The position numbers were made by a program, and so were the translations under genes. From the NCBI GenBank assembly GCA_013239625.1, contig MU053881.1, forward strand, positions 2,480,001 through 2,544,000: a stretch of DNA of 64,000 bases. The letters run 5' to 3'. The notes beneath the pieces are model-generated. The model was not told where the DNA came from. It saw nothing but the letters and a program-made list of their open reading frames with translations, and made no database searches. Below are positions 1 to 12,394 of the stretch, piece after piece; position 1 is the stretch's first letter, and each line of letters starts with the position of its first letter. This stretch comes from Lama guanicoe. Taxonomy: Eukaryota.

Positions 1-319
1 AAGAGTTGTTAGCACATCAAAACAGTGTTGGGGAGGGCTGGCAGAGGGCGGCTTCCTGGACATCAGCAGTTGTCTGAATTTCCCTGGCAGCAGAGAAGGG
101 ACAAAATGGCAGCAAATGGATTCCCAGCTGCTACCAGTTCAGAGGGTGCTGTTTCTGCAGCCAGCCCTTACTGAGCACATACTATGTGTCTGCGTGGGCG
201 CACAGTGCTTTCCCTGGCGCCAGAATAAAATGCAAAGTCATCGCCTCCCACCTTCTCTCCGGGTCTGCCGCTCCAGCTGCACCCACCTTTCTCCTCTGCA
301 GACAGGCTGTCGGGCCCCT

Positions 320-630
320 GCCTCAGGGTCTTTTCACCTGCCTTGCCCCCTTCCCAGGCCTCAGCCCCAACTAACCCCTTTCTGAAGAGATCTCCCCCGA
401 CTCCCTATCCATGCTTGCAAACCATCAGCCATCACTCTCTAACCCTGTTTTATTTACCACATAGCTCTTATCATCACTTGAACTTATATTTATTTGCTTA
501 TTGGTTTATTGTCAGTGACTCTCACCGCTCAGTAGAATGTCAGCTCCACGAGGGCAGGGACCTGCTGTGCTGGGTTCCACAAGATGCCTGGCACATAGTA
601 GGTGTTCAATTAGTGTTTGTTTAACAAATG
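320..630 (+). mobile_element. LINE-2 (L2a-like) 3' end
   Basis: TAGAATGTCAGCTCCACGAGGGCAGGGAC...TGCCTGGCACATAGTAGGTGTTCAATTAGTGTTTGTT matches the L2 3' terminus. Confidence 0.85.
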
Positions 631-755
631 GGAAATGATGAGGAAGACAGAGCCCCTCTCCCCTCAGCCCAGGGTTGCAAGTGGTCTGGCATGTCCCCTC
701 ACCCCCACTGCATCACCAAGGAATAAATCTCATGGCTTTATTAAAGAAATCTGAG

Positions 756-851
756 GAGAGGAATATAGCTCAGTGGTACAGCGTGTGCTTAGTGTGCATG
801 AGGTCCTGGGTTCAATCCTCGGTACCTCCACTAACGATGAAAACAAACAAA
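756..851 (+). mobile_element. tRNA-Ala-derived SINE (camelid vic-1-like), short form
   Basis: A box TAGCTCAGTGG, B box GGTTCAATCC, A-rich tail; TSD AAAGAAATCTGAG (743-755) / AAAGGAATCTGAG (852-864). Confidence 0.9.
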
Positions 852-1419
852 AAAGGAATCTGAGATCAGGCTGAAGGAATGATAAAGCATTACTTTCTAC
901 AGTTCATAATTCTCTTCAGCAAAGGCTACCTGTGCAGCCCCAGCCCCATCCCTCCTCTCCCCTTTCTGTTCGGCGCCAGGAGGGAGCCTCAGGTGCCCGC
1001 AGCAGCAGGCAGGGATCAGGCAGGGGCACCCCCAGGGCCAGGCTGTGCCAATAGATTACTTCTCCGAGTAATTAAGATGGAATTAAAAATTAATTCTTTC
1101 CTTCAGCCTGATTGTATTTCAAGGGATAAACTGAGTGTTATGGCTTTTGTGCTTTTTTTCCTTAAATTAAATTGGATCTTGTTTTCAGAGGTGGGGGAAG
1201 TGAGATGCTGTGATTAATCCGGGAGTTGAGAAATCCCCGGAGAAGGAAGCGGGTGATTCTGCCTCGGGAGCGGATGAACTTGAAGGTCCAGTTGCTCCGG
1301 GCTGCACGGTGGACTTGGCTCCCTGGGGAGCAACTTGGGTCCATGCTGGAGACCCAGCAATTCTGATCCGCTCTTGTCACTGCAATGTGGGAAGTCAAGC
1401 CACCTTGCCTTCGCCCTAG

Positions 1420-1600
1420 CGGGGAACGAGCTGGATCAGACAGAGTGAGACCTGGGCTCCCAGCTGGCTCTGCCACTTACTGGTGGCAGTTCATCTTGGG
1501 CAAACTCCTCTCTCCGAGCTCCAGCTTCCTCACCTGTGAAATGAATGTAAACCACCTATCTCCCAGGGTGCTGGGAGCATTACGTGGTAAGTAGGTGAGC
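1420..1600 (+). mobile_element. MIR SINE
   Basis: GCTCTGCCACTTACT...CTTGGGCAAAC...CAGCTTCCTCACCTGTGAAATG MIR core. Confidence 0.8.
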
Positions 1601-1679
1601 CCAGAAACGTGTGGGTCTGTGCATCCATCATTCCTCCGCATCCTCTGGACTGCAGGAGAAGGAGCTTCCTTCCTTTCTT

Positions 1680-2250
1680 TCAAATTTTATACATTCATTC
1701 ACCAGAGTAATACATTCCCATGATTCAAAAATCAAAAGGTATAATTAAAGTGAGACTCCCCCCACCCCTGTTCCCAGAGCACCAGCTCCCCTCTGTGAAG
1801 GCAGCCAGTGTCATCCATGTCTTCTTTATTTTTCTAGAGATATTTTATACAGTCGTGAGAAAATATGGTCACATCACCCCTCCCCTTTTTGTTACACCAT
1901 GGCAGTGTACTAGATACATCTTTTGTCCCCTTGTTTCGATTTATTCCTCCCCCAATACTTAGCAATATATTTTGGAGCATATTCCATATTGATGCATAAC
2001 ATGGTTCCTTGGTCCATTTCTACATCTGGATAGTCCTCCATCTCATGGTGTCCAACAGTCCTATGGTGTATTTAACTGGTCCCCCATTGATGGACATTCA
2101 CATTGTTTCCGTCTCTTGCTGTTACAAACAGCTCTGTAACAAACAATCGTGCACAAGTCATTTTGCTCATATGTATATCTATCTCGAAAACAAAATTCCT
2201 AGAAGTGAAATACCTGGTCGGAGAAAACAAACTACATTTGTTAAAATTTT
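1680..2250 (-). mobile_element. Ancient L1ME-type 3' region (probable host of the nested cluster; continues at ~6710-6850 and ~15950-16110)
   Basis: CCCCATTGATGGACATTCACATTGTTTCC, AAATTCCTAGAAGTGAAATACCTGG resemble antisense L1ME. Confidence 0.7.
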
Positions 2251-2741
2251 AAAAATGTGTGTATGAGAGAGGGAATGGACGAAACAGGAACTGTAGAATG
2301 TTTGTAAAAGTTGAAGCTGACGAGGATGTGCGAGTCCATTGTACAATCCTTTCTACTCTAACACACGCTTGAAAATGTCCACAATTAACATTGTCAAGAT
2401 ATTTTATTTCAGTCCCATATCTCCCAGTAAGGGGCTTCAAGACATCTCTCCCATCCACACACAAAAGAAGCTGAACAAACTAAAGTTGACAACTCTTCTT
2501 AAACCCGGTGGAGAACTGAGGTCACAGGGTGAATCGCCGTCCCCTAAATGGGAGAGACAGACAGGCAGATACAGAGGACTGCAACTTATCAGAGCAGGAA
2601 CCCATGTGCAGAAACCACCAGGAGAACCAGTGTGCGGCGGGGAAACCTAGACTATAATTGATGAGCTGCTCAGTGCAGACAAATTTCAGAGTTAACTCCA
2701 GGGAGGGCTCAGTCTTGGGGAGCTCCCCACAGTACTGAGCG

Positions 2742-2958
2742 CAGTTGACCCTCTAACAACACCAGTTTGAATTGTGCAGGTCCACTTATACGCGGATTTT
2801 TTTCCAATACTATGTGTTACCATCCACAGTTGGTTGAGTCCGGGGATGCAGAACCCCTGGATACGGAAGGCCAGCTGAGGGATTTGAGCATCCATGGATT
2901 TTGGTGTCTGTAGTGGGTCCTGGAACCAATCCCCTGGGGATACCGAGGAACAGCTATA
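2742..2958 (-). mobile_element. TcMar-Tigger MITE (MER8-like)
   Basis: CAGTTGACCCTCTAACAACACCAGTTTGAATTGTGCAGGTCCACTTATACGCGGATTTTTT at one end, GTCCTGGAACCAATCCCCTGGGGATACCGAGGAACAGCTA at the other. Confidence 0.85.
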
Positions 2959-4442
2959 TTACCTCTGCGAGCTCTACCACGGTCTAGAAAAAGTTTTGCT
3001 CCTGCTTCTGGCAGGGGGACGGGGGAAGGAGCCATTTTGAAATAGACCAGAACATTCTGTTCCTCTTAACAAGGCCTGTCTGTCTTCAAGGGAAACCAGG
3101 GCTTGACTGACCTGGTGGAGGAGGGTCACAGCCCAGAGGCACAGGCTCACTAAAAGACAGAACTAATCACGGAACTATGGAACGCTTCCCCTCACCCCAC
3201 ACGTCCTCACCGCGTGACTAAAGGCTTAGTGTCACATTTCCTTTTACTCAGTACATCGTGTCCAGGGTTCAACAGAACACTGCAAGGCATACTACAGGGC
3301 AAAGAACACAGCTTAAAGAGACAGAACAAACAACACTACGGCAAAGATGTTGTAATTATCACACTGGGAATATAAAATAACTGTGATTAATAGGCAAAGG
3401 GCTCTAGCAGAAAACGTAGACCACGTTCAAGAACAAATTGGTACTGTAAGCAGAGAGATGGAAATTCTAAGGAAGAATCAAAAAGAAATGCCAGAAATAT
3501 AAAATTCTGTAACAGAAATGAAGGGTGCCTTGGGGGATGGGCTCATCAGAGGACTGGACACCGCAGAGGAAAGAGTCAGCGAGCTCTGTATCACTGAAGG
3601 TGTGTCAACGAAAAACTTTAAAAACTGAAACACAGAAAGACAGAAAAGAAAACCCAGAACAGAATATCCAAGAATCTGGGGATAAAAGGTGTAATAGACG
3701 TGGAAGAGGGATACCAGAAGGAGATGAAAAAGAGAAAGGAACAGAAGAAATATTTGAAGCAATAATGACTGAGAATTTCCTCAGATTAATGTCAGACACC
3801 AAGCCACAGATCCAGAGAGCACCGAGCAGGATAAATGCCAAAAACGAGCGAGCAACAAACAAAATACCCGCCTCCCAGCTACACTGCGGCATATTATATT
3901 CAAGCCTTGAAAGACGCCAGCAGTAAAAAGCATCTTACCTATAGAGGAGCAAAGATAAGAAGAAACCTTTCAAGCAAGAAGAGAGTGGAGTGAAATATTT
4001 AATGTATTGAGAGGAAAAGAATCCCACCAACTTAGAATTATGTACTCTGTGAAACCACCCTTTAGAAGTGAAGGAGAAATAAATATTTCTCAGACAAACA
4101 AAACTGGAGGGAATCTGTCACCATTATACCTACCTTGTAAGAAATGTTAAAAGAAGTTCTTCAGAGAGAAGGAAAATGAAATAGGTCAGAAATCGGATCT
4201 ACATTTGAAAAAGGAAGGAGAAGGAATAAGTGAAGGTAAAATAAAAATATTTTAAAAATTTGTAATTGATTTAATAAATAACAGTTTTTTTCAAAATAAT
4301 AATGGCAACCATGTGTTGGATGATTATTGCTTATGGAGTCATAAAATGAAGGACAGAAATGAGGGAAGGGTTGGGAGGGAGGAATTAGGTATTTGCATTA
4401 CCTGTCGAGTGGTATAATGTTATTTGAAAGTGGACTTGAGTA

Positions 4443-4584
4443 GGGAGGGTGTAGCTCAGTGGTAGAGCGCATGCTTAGCAGGCATGAGGCCCTGGGTTCA
4501 ATCCTCAGTACCTCTATTAAAAAAATAAATACATAAATACATAAACCTAATTACCTTCCCCCACAAAAACAAACAAACAAAAAA
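4443..4584 (+). mobile_element. tRNA-Ala-derived SINE (vic-1-like), long form
   Basis: tRNA head plus AAACCTAATTACCTTCCCC tail; exact 13-bp TSD GAAAGTGGACTTG at 4426-4438 and 4585-4597. Confidence 0.92.
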
Positions 4585-5340
4585 GAAAGTGGACTTGGAT
4601 TCGTTGTGAATGTGTGTTGCAAACTCCAGGGCAGCCACTAAAAAAAAGTTAAAAGAGAAAAAAACCAAGAAGTATAATTGAGAAGCTAAGAGAGGGGAGA
4701 AAATAAACTCATATAAAATGCTCAGATAAAACCATAGAAGACAGAAAAATGGAGGGAGATAAAAATAGAAACAGAGGACAAGGGCAATGACTAGAAAACA
4801 ATAAAACGTGGTAGATATGGACTCGACTATGTCAATAACAACTTTAAATGTCTGTGGTATATCAGCTTTATTCATAGTTGTCAAAACTTGGAAGCAACCA
4901 AGATATCCTTCGATAGGTGAATGGATAAATAAACTGTGGTACATCCAGACGATGGAATATTATTTGGCACTGAAGAAGAGATGAGCTATCAAGCCATCAA
5001 GAAATATGGAGGAACTGTAAATGTATATTGCTAAGTGAAAGAAACCCATCTGATAAGGCTTCAGAGTGTATGATTCCAACTATATGACATTCTGGAAAAG
5101 GCAAAACTATAGAGACTTTTTTTTAAAAAATCAGTTAAAAAATAAATAAAATTAAAAATATATAAGAAAAATTAGTGACTAGAGAATAAAATTTGAGCTC
5201 TCAAACTTCCTGATTTCAAAAATTACTGTAAAGCTACAGTGATCAAAATAGCATAGTCCTGGCATAAAGACAGGCATGTAGACCAATGGGATGGAACAGC
5301 GAGCCCAGAAATAAAGTATCACATATATAGTAAAATTATT

Positions 5341-5422
5341 CTTTTCATAGACTTTATTCTTTTAGAGCAGTTTCAGGTTCACAACAGAACTGAGCAGAAA
5401 ATGCAGAGTTCGTACATAGCCC
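5341..5422 (-). mobile_element. Short L1MC-type 3' tail
   Basis: Reverse complement of the 6641-6700 tail motif; TSD TATAGTAAAATTATT (5326-5340) / TATAGTCAAATGATT (5423-5437). Confidence 0.7.
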
Positions 5423-5448
5423 TATAGTCAAATGATTTTTGACAAGAC

Positions 5449-5545
5449 ACCCAGTTGGTGTCCAGAGAGCTGGGAAATTGGTTGGTGTGGGGAAAAAAAC
5501 TCCCATACATTTAGAGTCAAAAATATTGTGAGTAGAGAAACAGTT
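5449..5545 (+). mobile_element. LTR fragment (MER21-like 3' end)
   Basis: CCCAGTTGGTGTCC...GGTGTGGGGAAAAAAACTCCCATACATTT...TTGTGAGTAGAGAAACAG. Confidence 0.55.
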
Positions 5546-7140
5546 TTGAATAGACATTTCTCCAAAGAAGATATACAAATATCCAATAAATATATGAAAA
5601 GATGCTCAAGATCACTTATTATTAGGGAAATGCAAATCAAAACCACAATGAAATAATCACCTTACACTCATCAAACCAAAAATAACGATTGTTGATGAGG
5701 ACATAGAGAAATTGGAACACTTGTGCACTGTTGGCAGGAACGTAAAATGGTGTAGCAGCTAGGGAAAACAGTGTGGTAGTTCCTCAAACAATGAAACATA
5801 GAATTACCATATGACAGAGCAATTCATTCCATTTGTGGGTTTATTTCCAACAAAATTGAAATCAGGGACTCAAAGAGGTATTTGTACACCAACGTTACAG
5901 CAGCATTATTCACAGTAGCTCAAAGGTAGAAGCAATCAAAGTCTTCACTGACAGACACTAAATGTAGTATATACGTGCAATGGAATATTATTCGGTCTTG
6001 AAAAAAGGAAATTCTGACACACGATAACATGGATGAAACTTGAGTACATTATATTAAGTGAAATAAGTCAGACACAAAAGGACAAATACTGTATGATTCC
6101 ACTCGTATGAGGTCCCCAGAATAGGCAAATTCATAGAGATGGAAAGTAGAATGGTGGTTGCCAGGGGCTGCAGCAGGGGGAACGGGGAGTTTAGTGGGTA
6201 GAGTTTCAGTTTTGCAAGATGACACGAATTCTGGAGATGGATAGTGGGGATGGTTGCACAACAGTATGAATGTACTTAATACCACTGAACTGTATGTTTA
6301 AAAATGGTTAAGATGGCACATTTTAAGGGTGTTTTGCCATAAATTAAAAAAAAAAGATCAGTGGTTGCTAGGGTTTCTAGGGGAGGGAAGGATAAATAGA
6401 TAAAACACAGGCCATTTTTAGAGCAGGGAAACAATTCTGTGTGATACTATAATGATGGACATGTGTCATTACACATTTGTCAAATCCATAGAATGAACAA
6501 CACAAATGGTGAACCCTAATGTACACTATGGACTTCGGTTGCTAGTGATGTGTTAATGCTGATTCATTGACAAACGTACCCCACTAATGAGGAAAGCTGA
6601 TGGTGGGGGAGTGTCCAGAGCAGGGCAAGTGGGAACTATCTGTATTTTTCTGCTCGATTTTATTGTGAACCTAAAACTGCTCTAAAAAATAAAGTCTATT
6701 AATTTTTAAAAAGATGTGCATATGTAACTAGATATATTATCAGATCGTCCTCCATAGGCGTTGTACACACCTGCTGTGTGTGAGAGTGCCTGTTTATACT
6801 CACCAGCACAGTGTACCATCCAACTCTTGGATCTCTGCCAGTTTTTGGTGTTTAGGTATGATTTTCTATGAAATAAGCTTTTATTTAAGTCTGACATACC
6901 TTCAGAAAAGAGCCCACCTCATAAGTGTCCCAGGTGATAAATTTTCAGAAAGTGAATGCACGTGATAAACAGCACAAGATCAAGATATAGAAAGTTATAA
7001 GTCCAGAAGCCTTCCTCACCTCCCCTTCCAGTCACTGTCTCCCTTCACCATGGTAACATTTGATCCGACTTCTATCACCATAGATTAGTTTGCCTATTTT
7101 TGCCATTTATATAAATAAAATCTTACAGGATGCACTCTTT

Positions 7141-7390
7141 TTTTTTTTTTGAAGTATAGTCAGTTTACAGTGATGTGTCAATTTCTGGTGTATAGCATAA
7201 TGTTTCAGTCATACATATACATGCATATATTCCTTTTCATATTCTTTTTCATTATAGGTTACTACAAGGTATTGAATATGGTTCTCTGTGCTATATAGTA
7301 GAAACTTGTTGTTTATCTATCTTATATATAGTAGTTAGTGTTTGCAAATCTCCAACTCCCAATTTATCCCTTCCCACCCCCGTCCCCTCA
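7141..7390 (-). mobile_element. Young cetartiodactyl/camelid-type L1 3' end
   Basis: poly(T) then GAAGTATAGTCAGTTTACA...CTCCCAATTTATCCCTTCCC; TSD core ACAGGATGCA at 7125-7134 and 7391-7400. Confidence 0.88.
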
Positions 7391-7815
7391 ACAGGATGCA
7401 TCTTGCATAAGGCTTCTCTCACTCAGCGTCTGTGAGATTCATTCATATCATGTGGAGTTGTAGGTCGATCATTTTCATTGGTGTGTAATAGTCTACTTAA
7501 TGGCTATACTCCAATTTATTTATCCATTCTACTATTGATAGTCATTTGGATTGCTTCCTGTTTGGAGCTATTACAAATAGTGATGCAATGAACATTCTTG
7601 TACACATCATTTGGTTTAATATGTGTTTATGACTGGTGGGTATATGTCTAGAAGTGGAACTACTGGATCATAGGATATGAATACTTCAGTTTTAGTAGAT
7701 AACACTGCACAGTTTTCCAAAGTGGATTTTCTAATTTCCTCTTACTGTGATAAGAATTCCAGCAGATCCTTATTCTTATGAATAATGGTTATGCCGATCT
7801 TTTAAATTTTTGTTT

Positions 7816-7954
7816 TTGTTTGGAGGGAGGTAATTAGGTTTATGTATTTTTTAACTAATTAAAAAAATTTATTTTTAGTGGAGGTACTGGGGGTTCAACT
7901 CAGGACCTTGTGCATGCTAAGCATGCACTCCACCACTGAGCTATATCCTCCCCC
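7816..7954 (-). mobile_element. tRNA-Ala-derived SINE (vic-1-like), long form
   Basis: GGAGGTAATTAGGTTT tail and CACTGAGCTATATCCTCCCCC head; TSD ATCTTTTAA(A/G)TTTTTGTTT at 7797-7815 and 7957-7975. Confidence 0.92.
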
Positions 7955-10900
7955 GAATCTTTTAAGTTTTTGTTTAACAGTTATCTCAATGCGCTTTTAA
8001 TCTGCATTATCATGATGACTAAAGAAGGCGAACACTCTTTTGTGTGTTTATAGACCAGAAAGATAGTCCTTTTTGTGAAATGCCTGTACAAGCCTTTTGC
8101 CCATTTTTCTATCATCTTCTTTCTTTTACTTGACTTATTGGAATTCTTCCTATGTACTGGACAGAAGTCCTTTGCCAGTAATATGTCAGAAAATATCTTC
8201 TTCCCTTCTGTGACTTGACTTTCCACTGTCTTAATAGTGTCTTTTCATTAACAGAAATACTTGATTTGAGTGTAGTCTAATTTTCAATATTTCCCTTAAT
8301 GTTAGTGCCGTTATGTCCTGTTCAATAAACATTTGCCTTCCCCAGAGTCACAAAGATACTCTCCACTGCTGTATTCTAGAATCTTTAATATTTTACTTTT
8401 CATATAGTGAGAGATAAGAAGCAAGATTGATTTTTCCCATATGGATATCCAGTTGCCACTGCACTGTTTATTGAAAGGATCATCATTTCTTACTGCTCTG
8501 TGATGTCAACATTTAAAAAAAAACCCAAATCCCCACATGGATATGTGTATCTGTTTCTGGACTTTATTCTGTCTCATTGATCTATTTGTCTACCTGTGTG
8601 GCAACGTTACACCTTCTTAATGACTGTAGCTTTATATTAAGTTTTGACATCTGGTAATGTAACTCTTCCTACTTTGTTTTTCTTCTGCTATTCTTCACCC
8701 TTTGCATTTCTACGTAAAATTTAGAACTAGCTCGTCAGTTTCCACAAAAGAAACCTACTGAGATTTGATCGAGATTTCACTGAATCTATGGGTCAGTTCT
8801 GGGGGGAACTGACACCTTTATAGTATTGAGTTTTTCAGGCCATAAGCGTATCTTTCCATTTATTTAGGTCTTTAATTTCAATAATGTTTAATAGATTTCA
8901 GCATAGAAGTTTTATTCATCTTTTGTCAAATTTATCCCCAGCCATTTAATGTTTATGGTTTTATAAATGTCACCACTTTTTAAATTTTGACTTAAAAATT
9001 CTTACCGGTATATAAAAATGTTGACCTTGTATCAAGTAACCTTGCTAAGTTCAATTATTCATTCCTATGGCTTATCTACAGATTCTTGGAAATTTTCTAC
9101 GCACAATCATGTCATCCACAAATGGTGACAGATTTATTTCTTCCTTTCCAGTCTTTCTACTTTTTAAATTTCATTTATTGGCCTTGCTGCACTAACTAGG
9201 ACCTCCAGTACAATGCTGAAGAGAAGCAGAGATAATGGACATCTTTGTCTTATCCATAATCTTGGGCATAAAACTTTAAAAATAGTCATCAAGTGTACTG
9301 TCGGCTGTGTTTCTTGCATGTAACTTTTATCACATCAAAGGAGTTTCTATCTATTCTTGGTTTACAAAGAGCTTTTTAAATTTTTAAGTGGATGTTGAGT
9401 TTCATCAGTTGCTGCTTCTGCATTTATTGGGATGATCATATGGTTTTGTCCTCTTTTCTGCTAGTGTGGGAAATCACTTTTTTTTTTTAAAGCCTACTGT
9501 ATCTTCCTTGAAAAAAAATCCAACGTGGTGGTTATATATTATTCTGTATTTCTGGATTTGGTTAGCTAATAATTTACTTAAGAGTATATGTCTATGAAAG
9601 AGACTGGTGTGTTCATAGGAGAGATTTTCCTTTCTTAAGCTTTTCCTAGTCAAGTTTTGGCAAGAAGTTTATGCTGACTTTATAGAAAAGAATCAGGCAC
9701 TGTTCTGTTTCTTCTGTTCTCTGGAAGACTTTGTGTCAGATTGGTGACAATTCTCTCTTACATGGGAGAATGTAATAATTCTTTAAGTTTTATTTGTGGG
9801 AAAGGTTTTAGTTATGGATACAATTTCTTTAATGGCTGGGGGAACGTTCAGATTTTCTTTCTCTTCTTGTGTCTTAGTAGACCCATAATTTGGTAAGTTG
9901 TTTTTATCTAATAATTCTTCCATTTTATCAAAATCTTGAAATCTATTAGCATTTAGTTGTTCATAATATTCTCTTTAATATCTTTAGGATCTGTAATGAT
10001 GCTCCCTCATCATTTCTGATATTAGTTATTTGTGCCTTATCTTGTTGTCTTTTAAAAATCAGATTTCTTGAGATTTATCACTTTTATTCATCCCTCTGAA
10101 AATTGACTTTATTGTTTTTATTCTACATTTGTTTTCCATTTCCATTAATCCTGCTGTTACTTCTTTTCTTTCAAACTTCTTTAAAGAACAAATATGCTGC
10201 TCTTTTTAATCTTTAATCTTTTCAGTCCTTTTTCCTTTTTAACTTTTCCTCATTTAAGCCTATCTGGGTCCTCTAAGCATGACTGTAGCTGTATCCATGC
10301 AGGTTTTGATATATTGTGACTTCATTATCATTTTATGTAGAATGTTTTAAATTTTCATCATTATTTTAATTGCAAGCTGAGTCTCTTTAAAAGAATTCTT
10401 TATAGTAATAATTTTCCTAAACACTTGGGAATTTTCTAGGTTTTTTTGGGGGTGGGTTTTTAGCTTAATTCCAATATGGTCTGGAATTCAATCTTATGAA
10501 ATTTGTTGAGATTTTATTTAAGTCATAATGCATGGTTCATTTTGACGAATGTTCCAGGTACACATTAAAAGGTGTGTGTTCTGAAGTTGAAGAGCTCAGT
10601 GTGTTATATGTGTCAGTTAGGTCAAAATAGTTAACTGTGTTAACCAAATAGTCTATATCTTCACTGATTTTTTTGGTCTGCTTGTTTTAAACATTAGTAA
10701 GGGGTATGTTAAAATGTGTCAGTGATAATTCTGCTATTTCCCCATTTAGTTCTACTCATTTTTGCTTTATATATTTAAAGGCTATATTATAATAAGGTGC
10801 ATAAAATATACAGATGATTGTGTTTTCCTATTGCATTTAACTTTTATCACGAAGAAATGTCTCTCGTCATATTTAGTTAAGTATCTGTTTAAAGTCTACT

Positions 10901-12130
10901 TTTTTCTGACTTGAATGTAACTACCTGAACTTTTTGTTGTTGTCAGAATTTTCTTAGCATATCTTTTTGTTCTTTATGTTTTTTTTAAAGTTTTTCTCTT
11001 ATAAATAACATATAGTTTTAAAAATTGAATCCAACAATTTTATTTTAATTGGAGCATTTAGTTTTAATTGGAAAATTTAGTTCACTTACTTTTAATGTAA
11101 TTACTTATAGATTTGAGTCTAAATCTACCATCTGATGATTTGTTTTCCACTTGTCCCATATGGCCCCTGCCTTCCTTTGCATTAACTAAATACTTGTTTT
11201 ATTTCATTTCTCTTTCCTTCCTCCATTGGCTTGTTAGTTTTAGCAGTCAGCCTAAGACCCCTTCCTTGACTTACTAAAATCTAGTATAAATTAATAACTT
11301 TATCTCTTCCCAGAATTTTAAGGGCCTCAGAACACTTAGTTCAATTTATTTCCCTCCCACCTTTCAGGCTATTGTCATTTTCCATTTTAATTCTCTATTG
11401 GAAACCCTAAAAGACATTTTTATTGTTTTAGGTAGTCAATAATAATTTAATTTGCCCTCATATTTACATTTTCTGTAACTCTTCTCAATGTTTCCCTTTT
11501 CCTTCTGCTTGAAAAACTTCAAGTTTTGCTTTAGTGTGCACCTGCTGGTAGTGAATTAGCTCAGATTTTGTCTGCTGAAAGAAAATGTCTTTTTCATTAT
11601 CTGAAGAATATTTTTCAGTGGAATTTGAGGTTGGCAGTTGCTTTCTTCCAGCACTTTCAAGTGATCGGTCTGTGGTCTCCTTAATTTCATTATTTCTGTT
11701 GAGAAGTCAGGTGTCAATCTTACTGCTTCCCTTGGAAAGTAACTGGCATTTTACCTCTGGTTGCTTTATGGACTTTCTCGGTCTTTGATTTTTGGTAGTT
11801 TTACAACGATACACCTTGGTGTGGTTTTCCTAGCTCTGTTTAAACCTTAGCATGTCATCTTTCGTATGTTTCATCGTAAAGTTCCTAGCCGGTATCTTTC
11901 AAATATTGTTTCTGCCTGTTCTTCTTATCTGTCTTCTTTTTCCTCTTTGTCCTGGATTCCAAATACTTATTACATTAGCTTTTTCACCAGAACCCATGTC
12001 TCTGATGTTCTTTTCTGTATTTTCAATTCTGTAGGGTTTTTCCCCCCATACTTTTAATCTGGGGTATTTCATTCTGCTCTATCTTACAGTTCCATAATCT
12101 TCCTTCAGCAGTGTCTAAACCCAATTATTT

Positions 12131-12347
12131 ATTTTTTAAACACTTTTACTGTGGTATGGTTTTTGTACAGTAAATTACACACATTTCAGATGTACAATTT
12201 GATGAATTTTGATAGATGTATACACCCATAAACCCACCACATTTCCATCATTCCTCAAGAGGCGCAATTTTCAAATTCCCAGTTTAGCCCTCCCACTTCC
12301 CTTTACCCCCTGGTAACCATAAGTTTGTTCTCTATGTCTGAAAGTCT
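12131..12347 (-). mobile_element. Short composite L1 3' insertion
   Basis: Perfect 15-bp TSD TAAACCCAATTATTT at 12116-12130 and 12348-12362; contains CCCCTGGTAACCATAAGTTTGTTCTCTATGTCTG. Confidence 0.75.
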
Positions 12348-12394
12348 TAAACCCAATTATTTGGTTCTTGCTTTTTACTTACAGTGGTTTAAAA

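Larger units (their letters stand above)
5190..6355 (+). mobile_element. L1MB-like 3' fragment (ORF2 C-terminal remnant + 3'UTR) inserted in the L1MC element
   Basis: [35 protein letters not shown] (ORF 5432-5656) is L1 ORF2; tail ends CACTGAACTGTATGTTTAAAAATGGTTAAGATGG...poly(A). Confidence 0.85.
2266..6709 (+). mobile_element. L1MC/L1MD-like element: 5'UTR, decayed ORF1, ORF2 almost wholly deleted, 3'UTR; interrupted by younger insertions
   Basis: ORF1 remnant EEIFEAIMTENFLRLMSDTKPQIQ (ORF 3525-3926); L1MC-type tail ending GTGAACCTAAAACTGCTCTAAAAAATAAAGTCTATT; putative TSD AAAAATGTGTGTATG (2251-2265) / AAAGATGTGCATATG (6710-6724). Confidence 0.75.
6880..12115 (-). mobile_element. Long decayed antisense L1 (L1ME-like), 3'UTR through ORF2 into ORF1 region
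   Basis: T-rich + strand with L1 antisense motifs (GGATATCCAGTTG, GACCTCCAGTACAATGCTGAAGAGAAG, GTTGAGAAGTCAG). Confidence 0.75.

Noticed and set aside
3525..3926. ORF with L1 ORF1 similarity
   Set aside because: Frameshifted remnant of an ancient L1, not a functional CDS
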